From: Craspedostauros australis
Lineage: Eukaryota
Assembly (NCBI GenBank): GCA_030167865.1
Contig: JALAGF010002361.1
Location: forward strand, 62,001-123,330
Reading direction: 5' to 3'
Length of the DNA stretch: 61,330 bases
The notes under the pieces were generated by a model. It had not been told where the DNA came from, did no database searches, and saw only the letters and a program-made list of their open reading frames with translations. Below are positions 11,295 to 20,948 of this stretch, piece by piece (the first letter of the stretch is position 1; each line of letters opens with the position of its first letter). Both the position numbers and the translations under genes were made by a program.

Positions 11295-14200
11295 ATGAAC
11301 GAATTCGAAGCCCCGGTGAAGTACCTGGATGCATCGCGGCGGGCGCCGTACCTCGAGATTTCCTCCGCCGAGTGCCTGCCGCGGAATCACAGTATCAACA
11401 ACAGCCACAGCAGCACGGACCGAAAGAGGAACGGCCATGGCGAGCAGAAGGACGAGGCCGATGCTGCCGCGGGGGGATCCAACGCAAGCACGGGCTCGTC
11501 CACATTGGGAAAGGTGACGTCCTTCAGCTTCCTGTCGCGAACAGCGAGCATGCAGTTCCTTGCTGGAGAAACTGGTTCCGGGACCAACGGCAGCGGCAAC
11601 AGCACTCGGAACAGCAATAGCGGCAACAACGGCAACAACAGCGGCAGTAGCGCCAACCTCAGCGGCAGCGGTACCGCCACCAACAGCACTGACGGCCGTG
11701 ATGTCAACCGCAACCGAAAGGGGTCGAGCAGTATCGGGAGCGACAGCGGATTGGGAATCGGAGCTGGAGGTGGAAGAGGCGACGAAGGCCTCGGTTATTC
11801 GTACGCCCGAGGCGAAAGCAGCGACGGCATCAACGATCGTTCCCATCCCGGCAGGCCGCAGCACAGCGCGTCCGCACAATCAGCTCGACCAAGACCCAAC
11901 CACAATGATCACACGTCGACAGTGGAACCAAGTTGGAGGCAGCAGGACCGCATCAAGACGGCTGGGGTCGGTCTGGTTCTGGCGCTCATGGTGGGCACGG
12001 ACCCTCCGGACATTATCAAGCCCGATCCCTGCGCCACCCTGCAAACTTGGATGGATCCCACGGGCATGAACGCGTCCAGGGCGATGGAGAAGATCGGCTC
12101 ACGGTTGGAATCGCAGTACATGAGGTGGCACCACAAGAATTCAAGGCTCAAGTTCCGCAAGACCATCAATCCCACCGTGGACGACGTCAAAGGGCTGTGC
12201 CTTTGGCTGCGCAAGCAGGCCAAGCAAGAGCGGGTCCTGCTGCATTACAACGGCCACGGGGTGCCAAGGCCCACCCGCGATGGAGAAATATGGGTGTTCG
12301 ATCAGAAGAAGACCGAGTACGTGCCGTTGCCGGTCTACCAGCTGCGCCGATGGCTCGGCAAGCCGAATATCCTCATTCTGGACTGCAGCTCTGCCGGTGT
12401 GCTCATGCCGCACCTCACGCAACCGCTCGATGGTGGTCGTGCCGGTGCTGATTCCATCGGTGGACCGCGCGGTGGTCCCGGCATGATGATGTCGCATCTT
12501 GGGTCACCGTCCAACGGTGGTCTCGGTGCTGCCAACGCTTCTGCTCCTGGAGGCAATCCACATTTCGGGGGCATGTCACTATCCAGTCAGGAAACGCTCG
12601 GGAAATCCAACATGACCGCGGCATCCCACCTGCAATCACAGGCATCGTCCGCGTCATCGCTGCGGTCTTCCAATGGAGCGCCACCTAAATCGGCACAACC
12701 ACGAATGGACATGGGAACGGCAGCATCCGTCTGGGTCAAGGACACCATCATCCTGTGCCCAACCTCCGAGCACGAGAATCTGCCCGTGCAACCGGAATAT
12801 CCTGCGGACATCTTCACATCGTGCCTCACCACACCCATCAAGATGGCCCTGCGATGGTTCGTTCGCAACAATCCATACTCCATGGGCGATCTGGATCCTG
12901 AAACAGTCGACTTCGTCCCTGGCAATGCGAAGGATAGATCAACTCCGCTTGGAGAGCTGAATTGGATATTCATTGGTATCACGGATGCCATAGCATGGAA
13001 TGTCCTGCCCACACCGCTGTTTCAGCGCCTGTTCCGACAGGACCTGGTCGTCGCCAGCATGTTCCGCAACTTCTTGCTGGCCGATCGGATATTGCGCAGC
13101 CTCAACTGCACACCGCAATCGTACCCACCGTTGCCACCAGGCATCGCGGACCATCCACTGTGGATGTCGTGGGACCTTGCCTGTGAGACATGTCTCTTCA
13201 CCTTGGTGAAGAAGGGCATCATCGGCAACCATCTGCTGAAGAACCCAAACGCCGAAGAGAGCGGTGACCAACATGCAGAGTTCGGGAGCCAACCAGATTC
13301 AACTGCGGATGGCAAATCAAGAAGGCAACAGCCGCAGCAAGCAAAGCAACAGCAGTTGGCAAGATCGGAACCCCAAAACGAAATCCCCCAAGACATCTCC
13401 ACAAACATCTCATCACCCTTCTTTGAGGAACAGCTGACGGCATTTGAAACATGGCTGAACTTTGCCTCCATTCAGAGAACTTCCATGGATCGTCTCGATG
13501 ATGACGGTCCTCCCATGGAATCTCCGGAGCAGCTCCCTGTTTTGCTGCAGATTCTCCTCTCCCCAGTGCATCGAGTGCGAGCGCTGGCCCTCTTCAAGGA
13601 ATTCCTCGACCTGGGGCCATGGGCCGTCAATCTCTCGCTGCGGTTGGGGATTGTGTTCCCGTACGTGCTGAAGCTGCTAACGAGTCAGAACTACACGGGG
13701 ATACTGGTCGGCATCTGGGCATCCATCCTCAAGTTCGACCCATCGTGCCGTTCCAACCTCATGCAAGAGAATGCGCTGCGACACTTCGTCCAAGCCATCG
13801 CTTCATGGTCGAAGGCACCGACGTCCAATTCCGCATCTCTCGGCCTCGATTACGTCGGTGGGAAGCAACGGACGATGGCGGCGTTCAACCTCGCCACCTC
13901 ATGCTACAAATGCCCGCCCGCGCAAATGGATTGTTTCCGGCAGGGCTTGCACACCCATTGCTGTGCACTCTTGTCATCTCAAGATTTCAGCGTCACCGAT
14001 AGTGACATGGACGAGGACGACGATGAAAAGGCACCACCGTCGCTGCGGCTCTGGCTGTGCCTGTGCCTTGGGCATCTGGTCTTGGAGAATCCCACCTCCC
14101 AACGAGAGTGCATCCGAGCAAATGTTCATCGCTGCCTCCTTTCCAAGATCCAAGATCGAGACCCAAGGGTGCGCGCGGCCGTCTGCTACGCACTGTCATG

Positions 14201-17114
14201 TTTTCTGGGCGGGGTAGCCCCAGGCACCGTCCCAGGTTCCTTCCCATCGACGAAAGCTCCTGGCACGAGCCCCAGCACGGTGCCATCACCACCACCGCAA
14301 ATGGGATCACCGATGCATCCATCCTCTTCGCGGACAGCTGCGCCTTTCATGTCGAATCCAAACTCCATGCTGTCCGCGCAAATGCCAACAGCGACCATGA
14401 CGATGCCGGGTGGGTTGGCTGGCTCTTCTCTCCTCCCAGGACATATGCCTCAGGGAATGGGAGCAGCGCTAGGCCAGCACGGCCAACCATTAAGGTCTGG
14501 AAGGCCAGGATCGACGCTTGCCGCGACATTGGGCGCCTCATCCTCCTCTCAATCGCAGCTATCGTCATCCATGAGAATCCACCAATCCCGCGGCAATCCT
14601 TCGTCTGGATCGATGATGCCTCAGATGGCAGCAGGGCAAGGAGGGATGGGCCTCGGCATCCCTGGTGCGAACCAAATGCGCCGCCATGGTTCCCGCATGA
14701 ACCCGCAGCAACCTGGCGCCGGCATGATGCAAGGGCGTGGCGGCACCACATCGGTGATGCCATCCATCGGGCTCATGGGCGGGTCTCCGCAGATACTCCC
14801 AGGCGGTCTCATAAACCAAACGAGACGGCCCGTATCTATCTACGAAAACTCAAGTCGGTTGGAAGTCGATTTGAACATCATGAAGAGCCTGACGGAGGTC
14901 AGCCGCGACGGCAGCGTCCTCGTGCGCTACGAAGCCATCATGGCCATGGCACGCATGGTCCAGAAATACCTTCAGGCATTCCTCGTGGTGGCAGACGAGA
15001 TGACGCCCCGAGCGAGCAAGGATAGCAAGAAACGGGCAGGGTTGGCATCGAAAAAGTCCAACAAAGAACCCAAATCAACTGGCCAATCGAGCTCAAGCTC
15101 CAGTCCCAGCTCGAAAATATCAGTCCCTGAAGGGCTGAATAGATCGATGCTGAAAAAGTTTACGAAAGGTTGGGAGGTGCTCCGAACCGTGCAGCACTTC
15201 GACACACACCTCAAAGTGTCCAACGCGGCCATGACCATCGTGAAGCTCGTCAATGAAGAGTTGCTGGACATGAGAACTTTGGCTGCTGCGGCAGAAGCGG
15301 AAGCAACTGCTGCGACTTTGGCAGCCAAGAAAGAAGACGAGTCCCCGAAGCAGCTTGGTGGCATAGTCGAGGAAGGCTCCTCGGCTTTCCCGAACGCAAC
15401 CAATGCTGTTGTTGCTGCTGCCGCTGCTGCTGATACGAGTATGGACAGAGTGGAATCCGACCAAGTGCTGTTCCGTCCTCCTGACAACAACGCATCGAGA
15501 GACAAGCCGATGCTCCGACGCAACCAGGTCAGTGGTTTTCTCAACTCCACGCAACCTGAACAGCCTCCTCGCGTGGGCCAGCTGCGCCGAATATCATCGG
15601 AACAAGGTGGGTGGCAAAGTGCCGCGAGCGCCAATGCGGGTGCTGGCGGGAGGAATCACGCCTTCCAAAACCAACAACCGCGCCCAACCCCCATGGCCAA
15701 GAAGCCTGGAGAAACAATGCCGAACGACATCCCATTCCTCAAGTCTCAGTTTTACAAGTGGCAGCGAGAGATATTCGAAACGACCTACAATACGACCGCG
15801 GAGAAGAACGAACGGCTCAACGATCCGCTCTGCCCGGTTGGTGCCACCAGAGACTACCAACGCAGACGAAACCGCCGCGCATTCCTCAGCTCCCACCGGT
15901 TGGCTCAAAGATATGCCGAGCTGGTCCCATCCATGTCAACGTTGTCACCATTGACATCCATAACATCGAGGAGGACGAACACGATGCTTCACGAGAACCA
16001 AATGGAGGAAAGGATCACGACACTCCGCGGAGAACTGATGATGAAGGAGACGAAGAAGATGCACACCGCCGGGACGAAGATGACGTCGATTCTGCGCTTT
16101 CATTCCTACGAAGACGTCCTGATGGTCTGCGACAAGCAAAGCACCGTCTCCGCGTGGAACTATGAGACAGGTACCAACCTCATGACCTTCCAGAATGGGA
16201 ATCGCAAGAACACGAGGATGACGACCGCAGGATGGATCAACGAGGAGTCCAGCAGCCTCTTCTTCGTTGGCTGCGACGACGGATCGGTCCGAGTTTGGGA
16301 TGAGCTGATCAAGGGCAAGGGCGACATCTGCGAGGAGAGCCCGAAGCTGGCCACTGCGTTCCTTGCAGTCCCTGGCATGAAATCCGACCAAACTGGAGGG
16401 AGCGGCCTCGTGTGCGAATGGCAGCAACGCACGGGTGTGCTGGCGGCGAGCGGAAACACGGACACCATCCGTTGCTGGGATCTTGCTGGGGAACGCTGCA
16501 TCAAGACGTTGCGGACGGAGACCGACGCTGTTGTGACAAGCCTCACGACGACGTGGGATGCCGTGCAAAGCGTGATGCCAGGTGGGTATCATGGCATGAG
16601 CCCTGACACGTTACTCGCGGGCTTCAGCGATGGCACCCTCCGCATCTTCGACATCCGCGAGAAAGACGAAGCCGTATCCCAGTTCGGGCGGAAATCCCGA
16701 CGTCACACGCGCTTCACGGAACACAGGAATTGGATTCTCGATGCCTACTTCACCAACTACGCAGGACGGTTCGAAGTCGTCACGGGGTGCATGGGCAGCG
16801 TGATGAAGGCCTGGGATCTGCGCATGTCGAACAGCGTGAGGACGGTGAAGGTGCAGAACACGTCGATGACGGCCATGGCGGTCCACCGACAAATCCCGAT
16901 CGCAGCAGCCGGCTCGCAGGGCAACACGATCAAGCTGCTCACGTTGGACGGAAAAGCTCTGACGCGCTACCACGACCGATCGGGGCAGCGCTCGGACTTC
17001 ATCAGCTGCTTGGAATTCCACAGGCACAAGCTGGTTCTTGCATCCGGATCCACCAACTCCGTCGTCAGCGTCTACCAGCCACGGGCTCCCGTCGTTTTCA
17101 ATCCTTCACACTGA
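11295..17114 (+). CDS. RPTOR: Regulatory-associated protein of TOR (Raptor/KOG1), ~1939 aa, intronless
   Basis: RNC domain motifs ERVLLHYNGHGVP.PT..GEIWVF, DCS.AG, PADIFTSCLTTPI.MAL, TPLGELNWIF..ITD.IAWN, LFRQDL.VAS.FRNFLLA.RI, SPFF.EQLTAFE.WL and PEQLP.LLQ.LLS..HR.RAL, followed by HEAT repeats and a C-terminal WD40 region. First ATG is at 11295. Confidence 0.95.
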   Translation: MNEFEAPVKYLDASRRAPYLEISSAECLPRNHSINNSHSSTDRKRNGHGEQKDEADAAAGGSNASTGSSTLGKVTSFSFLSRTASMQFLAGETGSGTNGSGNSTRNSNSGNNGNNSGSSANLSGSGTATNSTDGRDVNRNRKGSSSIGSDSGLGIGAGGGRGDEGLGYSYARGESSDGINDRSHPGRPQHSASAQSARPRPNHNDHTSTVEPSWRQQDRIKTAGVGLVLALMVGTDPPDIIKPDPCATLQTWMDPTGMNASRAMEKIGSRLESQYMRWHHKNSRLKFRKTINPTVDDVKGLCLWLRKQAKQERVLLHYNGHGVPRPTRDGEIWVFDQKKTEYVPLPVYQLRRWLGKPNILILDCSSAGVLMPHLTQPLDGGRAGADSIGGPRGGPGMMMSHLGSPSNGGLGAANASAPGGNPHFGGMSLSSQETLGKSNMTAASHLQSQASSASSLRSSNGAPPKSAQPRMDMGTAASVWVKDTIILCPTSEHENLPVQPEYPADIFTSCLTTPIKMALRWFVRNNPYSMGDLDPETVDFVPGNAKDRSTPLGELNWIFIGITDAIAWNVLPTPLFQRLFRQDLVVASMFRNFLLADRILRSLNCTPQSYPPLPPGIADHPLWMSWDLACETCLFTLVKKGIIGNHLLKNPNAEESGDQHAEFGSQPDSTADGKSRRQQPQQAKQQQLARSEPQNEIPQDISTNISSPFFEEQLTAFETWLNFASIQRTSMDRLDDDGPPMESPEQLPVLLQILLSPVHRVRALALFKEFLDLGPWAVNLSLRLGIVFPYVLKLLTSQNYTGILVGIWASILKFDPSCRSNLMQENALRHFVQAIASWSKAPTSNSASLGLDYVGGKQRTMAAFNLATSCYKCPPAQMDCFRQGLHTHCCALLSSQDFSVTDSDMDEDDDEKAPPSLRLWLCLCLGHLVLENPTSQRECIRANVHRCLLSKIQDRDPRVRAAVCYALSCFLGGVAPGTVPGSFPSTKAPGTSPSTVPSPPPQMGSPMHPSSSRTAAPFMSNPNSMLSAQMPTATMTMPGGLAGSSLLPGHMPQGMGAALGQHGQPLRSGRPGSTLAATLGASSSSQSQLSSSMRIHQSRGNPSSGSMMPQMAAGQGGMGLGIPGANQMRRHGSRMNPQQPGAGMMQGRGGTTSVMPSIGLMGGSPQILPGGLINQTRRPVSIYENSSRLEVDLNIMKSLTEVSRDGSVLVRYEAIMAMARMVQKYLQAFLVVADEMTPRASKDSKKRAGLASKKSNKEPKSTGQSSSSSSPSSKISVPEGLNRSMLKKFTKGWEVLRTVQHFDTHLKVSNAAMTIVKLVNEELLDMRTLAAAAEAEATAATLAAKKEDESPKQLGGIVEEGSSAFPNATNAVVAAAAAADTSMDRVESDQVLFRPPDNNASRDKPMLRRNQVSGFLNSTQPEQPPRVGQLRRISSEQGGWQSAASANAGAGGRNHAFQNQQPRPTPMAKKPGETMPNDIPFLKSQFYKWQREIFETTYNTTAEKNERLNDPLCPVGATRDYQRRRNRRAFLSSHRLAQRYAELVPSMSTLSPLTSITSRRTNTMLHENQMEERITTLRGELMMKETKKMHTAGTKMTSILRFHSYEDVLMVCDKQSTVSAWNYETGTNLMTFQNGNRKNTRMTTAGWINEESSSLFFVGCDDGSVRVWDELIKGKGDICEESPKLATAFLAVPGMKSDQTGGSGLVCEWQQRTGVLAASGNTDTIRCWDLAGERCIKTLRTETDAVVTSLTTTWDAVQSVMPGGYHGMSPDTLLAGFSDGTLRIFDIREKDEAVSQFGRKSRRHTRFTEHRNWILDAYFTNYAGRFEVVTGCMGSVMKAWDLRMSNSVRTVKVQNTSMTAMAVHRQIPIAAAGSQGNTIKLLTLDGKALTRYHDRSGQRSDFISCLEFHRHKLVLASGSTNSVVSVYQPRAPVVFNPSH

Positions 17115-17628
17115 TACGGACAGGTGACAAACGTTGTGGAAATTCATGTGGCACTGCACGCAAAACAAGCAAGATGATGATCAACTGCAGAGTAATGCAC
17201 TCGACGAGCAATAGAGTCCAAGGAATGATCCTCAACTCTCCTCTACTTTGCTATGTTCGGAATTGGCATTTGCGTTGGAATTGTTATGGTGTTCGTTGAA
17301 CGACGTACTTACATACAATACTCTTCTGTGGACATGAACACGAACACGAACAAACAGCAGCGGGATGAATGCTCTCTCTTCCTCCGGTTGTTTGTATTAT
17401 TGATGACGATGGCAAGAAGTTAGAGACAGCACAGGAATGACCACTCTAGTCTATTCGTGCGTCAGGCTCCATCGCGAAACGTTGCGAGTTCATGCTAAGG
17501 TGACACGATGCCATACGAGTACAACGACGATTGGGGGTGGTGATTGTTCGTGGAGTGAACTACTGGTCTAGTATGTTTAGTCAAGTAAATTCTCCGCTCT
17601 GCAAATGGCGATGGGAGTCATGCGGTGC

Positions 17629-19856
17629 TTAGGCAACCAGCTTTGGGTTTCCGCTCTCGTCGAATCGGAAGAGCATGCTCTCGCTCTCTGCGATACCGTT
17701 GAGCTTGGCGAGCATGGCGGCTCGGCGTCCTGCCTCCTCTGATCCGTCGTCGGACTTTTTGGCCTCGGATGCCTTCTTCTGGAAGAAGGACACGAAGGCG
17801 GCCTGGACTGGGTCAACAGCGGCCTTCTTGCCGGTGAGCTTGGCCATGGCGGACTCCAGGGCGGCCTTCTTGAGTGCCTTGTCGGAGCCGAAGCTATCCG
17901 TGACGCTGGTGGTGGCCTCGTCCATGAGAGTGGTCTTGGCCTTCTCGTAGACGTTCTGCTCTTCGTTGGCGACGAGGTTCATCATCTTCTCAACCTGGGC
18001 CTTGAGGTCGTGCTGTGGCTTGATCTTTCCGGCGGCGTTGAGCTTGTCGTAGGATTCCTGGGTGAGGTCGAGGATGGCCTGGTAGTCGCTGACGATGTTC
18101 TCGGTGAGCTTCATGTACTCCAAGTTGTCCTCGAGCTTGGCGATGACCTCGTCTTCGGCGTCGTTCTGGATCTTGAGCATGGCGGCGGACTCATCCTTGA
18201 GGGACTTGGAGATGAGGTCACCTCCCTGGTTGTATGCGACCACGCAGAATGCAACGAAGGTGGAGGCAAGCTGTAATTTTCATGTGACGTGTGTTGTGTT
18301 GTATTGCATTGCATTTCGTTTCATCATGTTTTGGGAGCGTGTCCACGTTCACGTCCATTAATTTATTGTTTCGTTCCATTCCGATGCAATTCACATGAGA
18401 TCAGTTCATGTCATGCCCATGGCAGTGCAATGCATACATTGCGTGTTGATCATGCAGGTGGTTTGTTGTTGGAAGCGTAGAGAAGAGAGGAGTAGAGATT
18501 GGTCCAATGAAAAGTTTGGAGATGCGCAAGCGTGAAAAGTAGCATGGGTGAGATGTCATCAGTAACAAGACGGATGTATGTGCGACTTCAGACATGGTAT
18601 GCATGCACACCAAGTGATGAATGGCACAAGCTCCTGTGACATCACCCATCCTCGTAAGCAGCAACACTTTCGACAATGGCCCCCATCGCTTCGCGAATAT
18701 GATGGTCCAAAATCAACGGAGTGAAGCCAAGTGGAGTTGACGCAACCGAGCCGCAAGCAACAAGACAAGTCATAAGCAACGTACCAAAGTCTCCTCGTTG
18801 ACGAGGTACCACTCGAACTGAACGGCTGGAACGGCAAGGGCGATTCCAACTGGCAGAGCGTAGAGGTGGGAGATGCCGGTTCCAAGGAAACCATCATCCT
18901 CCACAACATCGGCGGGCGACTTCTCCTTGCTTTCCTCCTCCTCCAGACGCGCGGAGTAATGAAAAGCCATGCGAGGGCCCTCGGCTGGGGCACTGTGGAT
19001 GATGGCAAGCGCAGGAAGTGATGAACATCGACGTTGATTGTGATTGTGTGCATTGTGTGCGGAGGCGCATTCGTTGATGCGCAAGTGAGAAATGGTGAGA
19101 TGCGACATTGATTGTGATTGTGTGAGTGGGTGATCGTTCCAGAAGGGAAGACACGAAGAGAGAGAGAGACAGGCTGTGTGCACAGCGATCACATTGATGA
19201 CGACCATGCGCGTATGATGGTGCAACTCAAACAAGGCGCGCAGATGCCTGCATCATCATCTTCCTCGTCCTCCATACCAATAGCCACCGCATCCGCCCCC
19301 TCCTTTCAAAAACAGAGCGGACATCGAGAGTCGGCATTTTCCTCCGTGTGTGGTATTTGGATGCGTCGGACGGAAGCATAGCTGCGCTGTGTGATATTGA
19401 TGGCACGGTTCCTGCCTTTCCACTCTGTGCAGTGGCAACCGACGAGATATGCCGATGCCGTGCGCAGTCATCAAGGAGGCGCCATTGATGCACCATCGTT
19501 GGGACTACCACGTGCGAGGACGCCCCGCAAGCTGGCTGCAAGCGTATCGTCCTCGCTGCGATGGCATTGGCGACGCAAGCCACGGCCATGTGGTTCCTCC
19601 TCAAGGGATTTTTTGCTTTCGTCATCACGCGTTACGGCCTCCTTCCGCCTCCTTCCTCTGCAGTGCCACCCAATGAAGCGCAACGTAACACGACGCAACG
19701 CAGCGCAACAGCGCGCAATCCAATGAAGGGCAATTTGGCGCTCAACCATATCCTTCCTCATGTCCCAAAGCATGCAGGAAGCAGTACTGGTACTCACCCT
19801 CGGAACGACCGCTGGACGGTGCGCTTGGCAAGGGTGGATGCAGCAGATCGCAACAT
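17629..19856 (-). CDS. ATP4: Probable mitochondrial F0 ATP synthase subunit b (peripheral stalk), 3 exons, 302 aa
   Basis: Exons 19856-19798, 18992-18785 and 18270-17629 (donors GTGAGT and GTACGT, CAG acceptors; total 909 nt, in frame). The protein has an Arg/Ser-rich mitochondrial presequence (MLRSAASTLAKRTVQRSFR...FHYSAR) and two hydrophobic segments around EWYLVNEETLLASTFVAF, resembling subunit-b YV.N.E. A long charged helix follows. Confidence 0.72.
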
Positions 19857-20948
19857 GTTCAGCTGTTGTTTTTGTTGGTGGATGCAGTGGGACGCCTCGT
19901 TGCGTTCAGTTGCGTTTTTGCAGGAGACCGGATCGTTGGTCTCGCCTCTCTCTCTCTCTTGCTGTCGCTGTTGGCGACTTGGCGGCCCTCTTGTTGTTCG
20001 TCTTTCTGTTGCGGTGCGCGACGTTGTGTTGGGTTGCGTCACGTCCACAACGCGCTGTTGGCACGCGTACTCGTCCTGCTGTTGGCCATGGTCAGACAAG
20101 CACAGCGCCACCAAACCGCCGACTACGACGACCGCGGGAACACGCGCGCGTTGCTGTCGACCAACGTGGCTCAAACAAAATCATTCCCTCACGTAGTCTT
20201 GTGCAACGTCTGGCCATATGTACGGTGTAGTTCACGATCGAGATTTCAATCGTAGTGATCGATTCGAATCTTCGCGCGGAATGCAAAAGAAGCACCTGTG
20301 TGTCCCACCAAGCACGACACGTGATTCGCCAAGATTTGCGTGATGCGAACCGACGCGATACAACACGAAAGGATGGCAACAATAAAAACCAGGGTGGGAG
20401 TACACAACCATGCAGATGCCCCCACGACAGTAGCCGTACATGGCGAAGATGTCCGCGCGGCACCTGTGGCAGGTAGCGAGATCCAAAACACAGGGCAAGG
20501 GGAAGAAGATCGCCTCGTTCTCTCCACCGCTCCCGCCATCGTGTGCAACAGCACGACTTGAGCCTCGACAAATAGAAAGAAGCAGACGCAAGAGGAGAAC
20601 ACAAACCAAAGGCTCAGAGACTGAGTGGCATTGTAGCACCACTCTTGTCGCAGTACCGACTTCAGTATCCGTACGACCCACGTGAAGAAGGTGGAGCCAG
20701 CAGCATCCATCCTCGTACGAGTATTTACGAGCGAGAATCGGAGAAGGGTCCTGTGTTGCTCTCCGCCGTTTGGTTTTTGGGCTTTGGGTCGGTCTCGTCT
20801 TGATCGACAGCATCCCCCACCCATACACACTCTTCCTCCGAAGGGACAGGCACAATTCGATCAGCAGGAGGACGCCAAGACGCCTCCTCGTCGACCGTCC
20901 CTTGAGTTAGATCCGCGTTGGACCCATTGCGAAGACACCTAGGCAACC

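Noticed and set aside
14057-15025. 322-aa alternative-frame ORF inside Raptor
   Set aside because: It overlaps a low-complexity insert of a clear gene and has no independent support.
18401-18562. CTGATGA ... CTGA on the minus strand in the ATP synthase b intron (possible C/D snoRNA or hammerhead core)
   Set aside because: There is no terminal stem or rRNA-like guide, the spacing is long, and no stem II/GAAA for a hammerhead is present.
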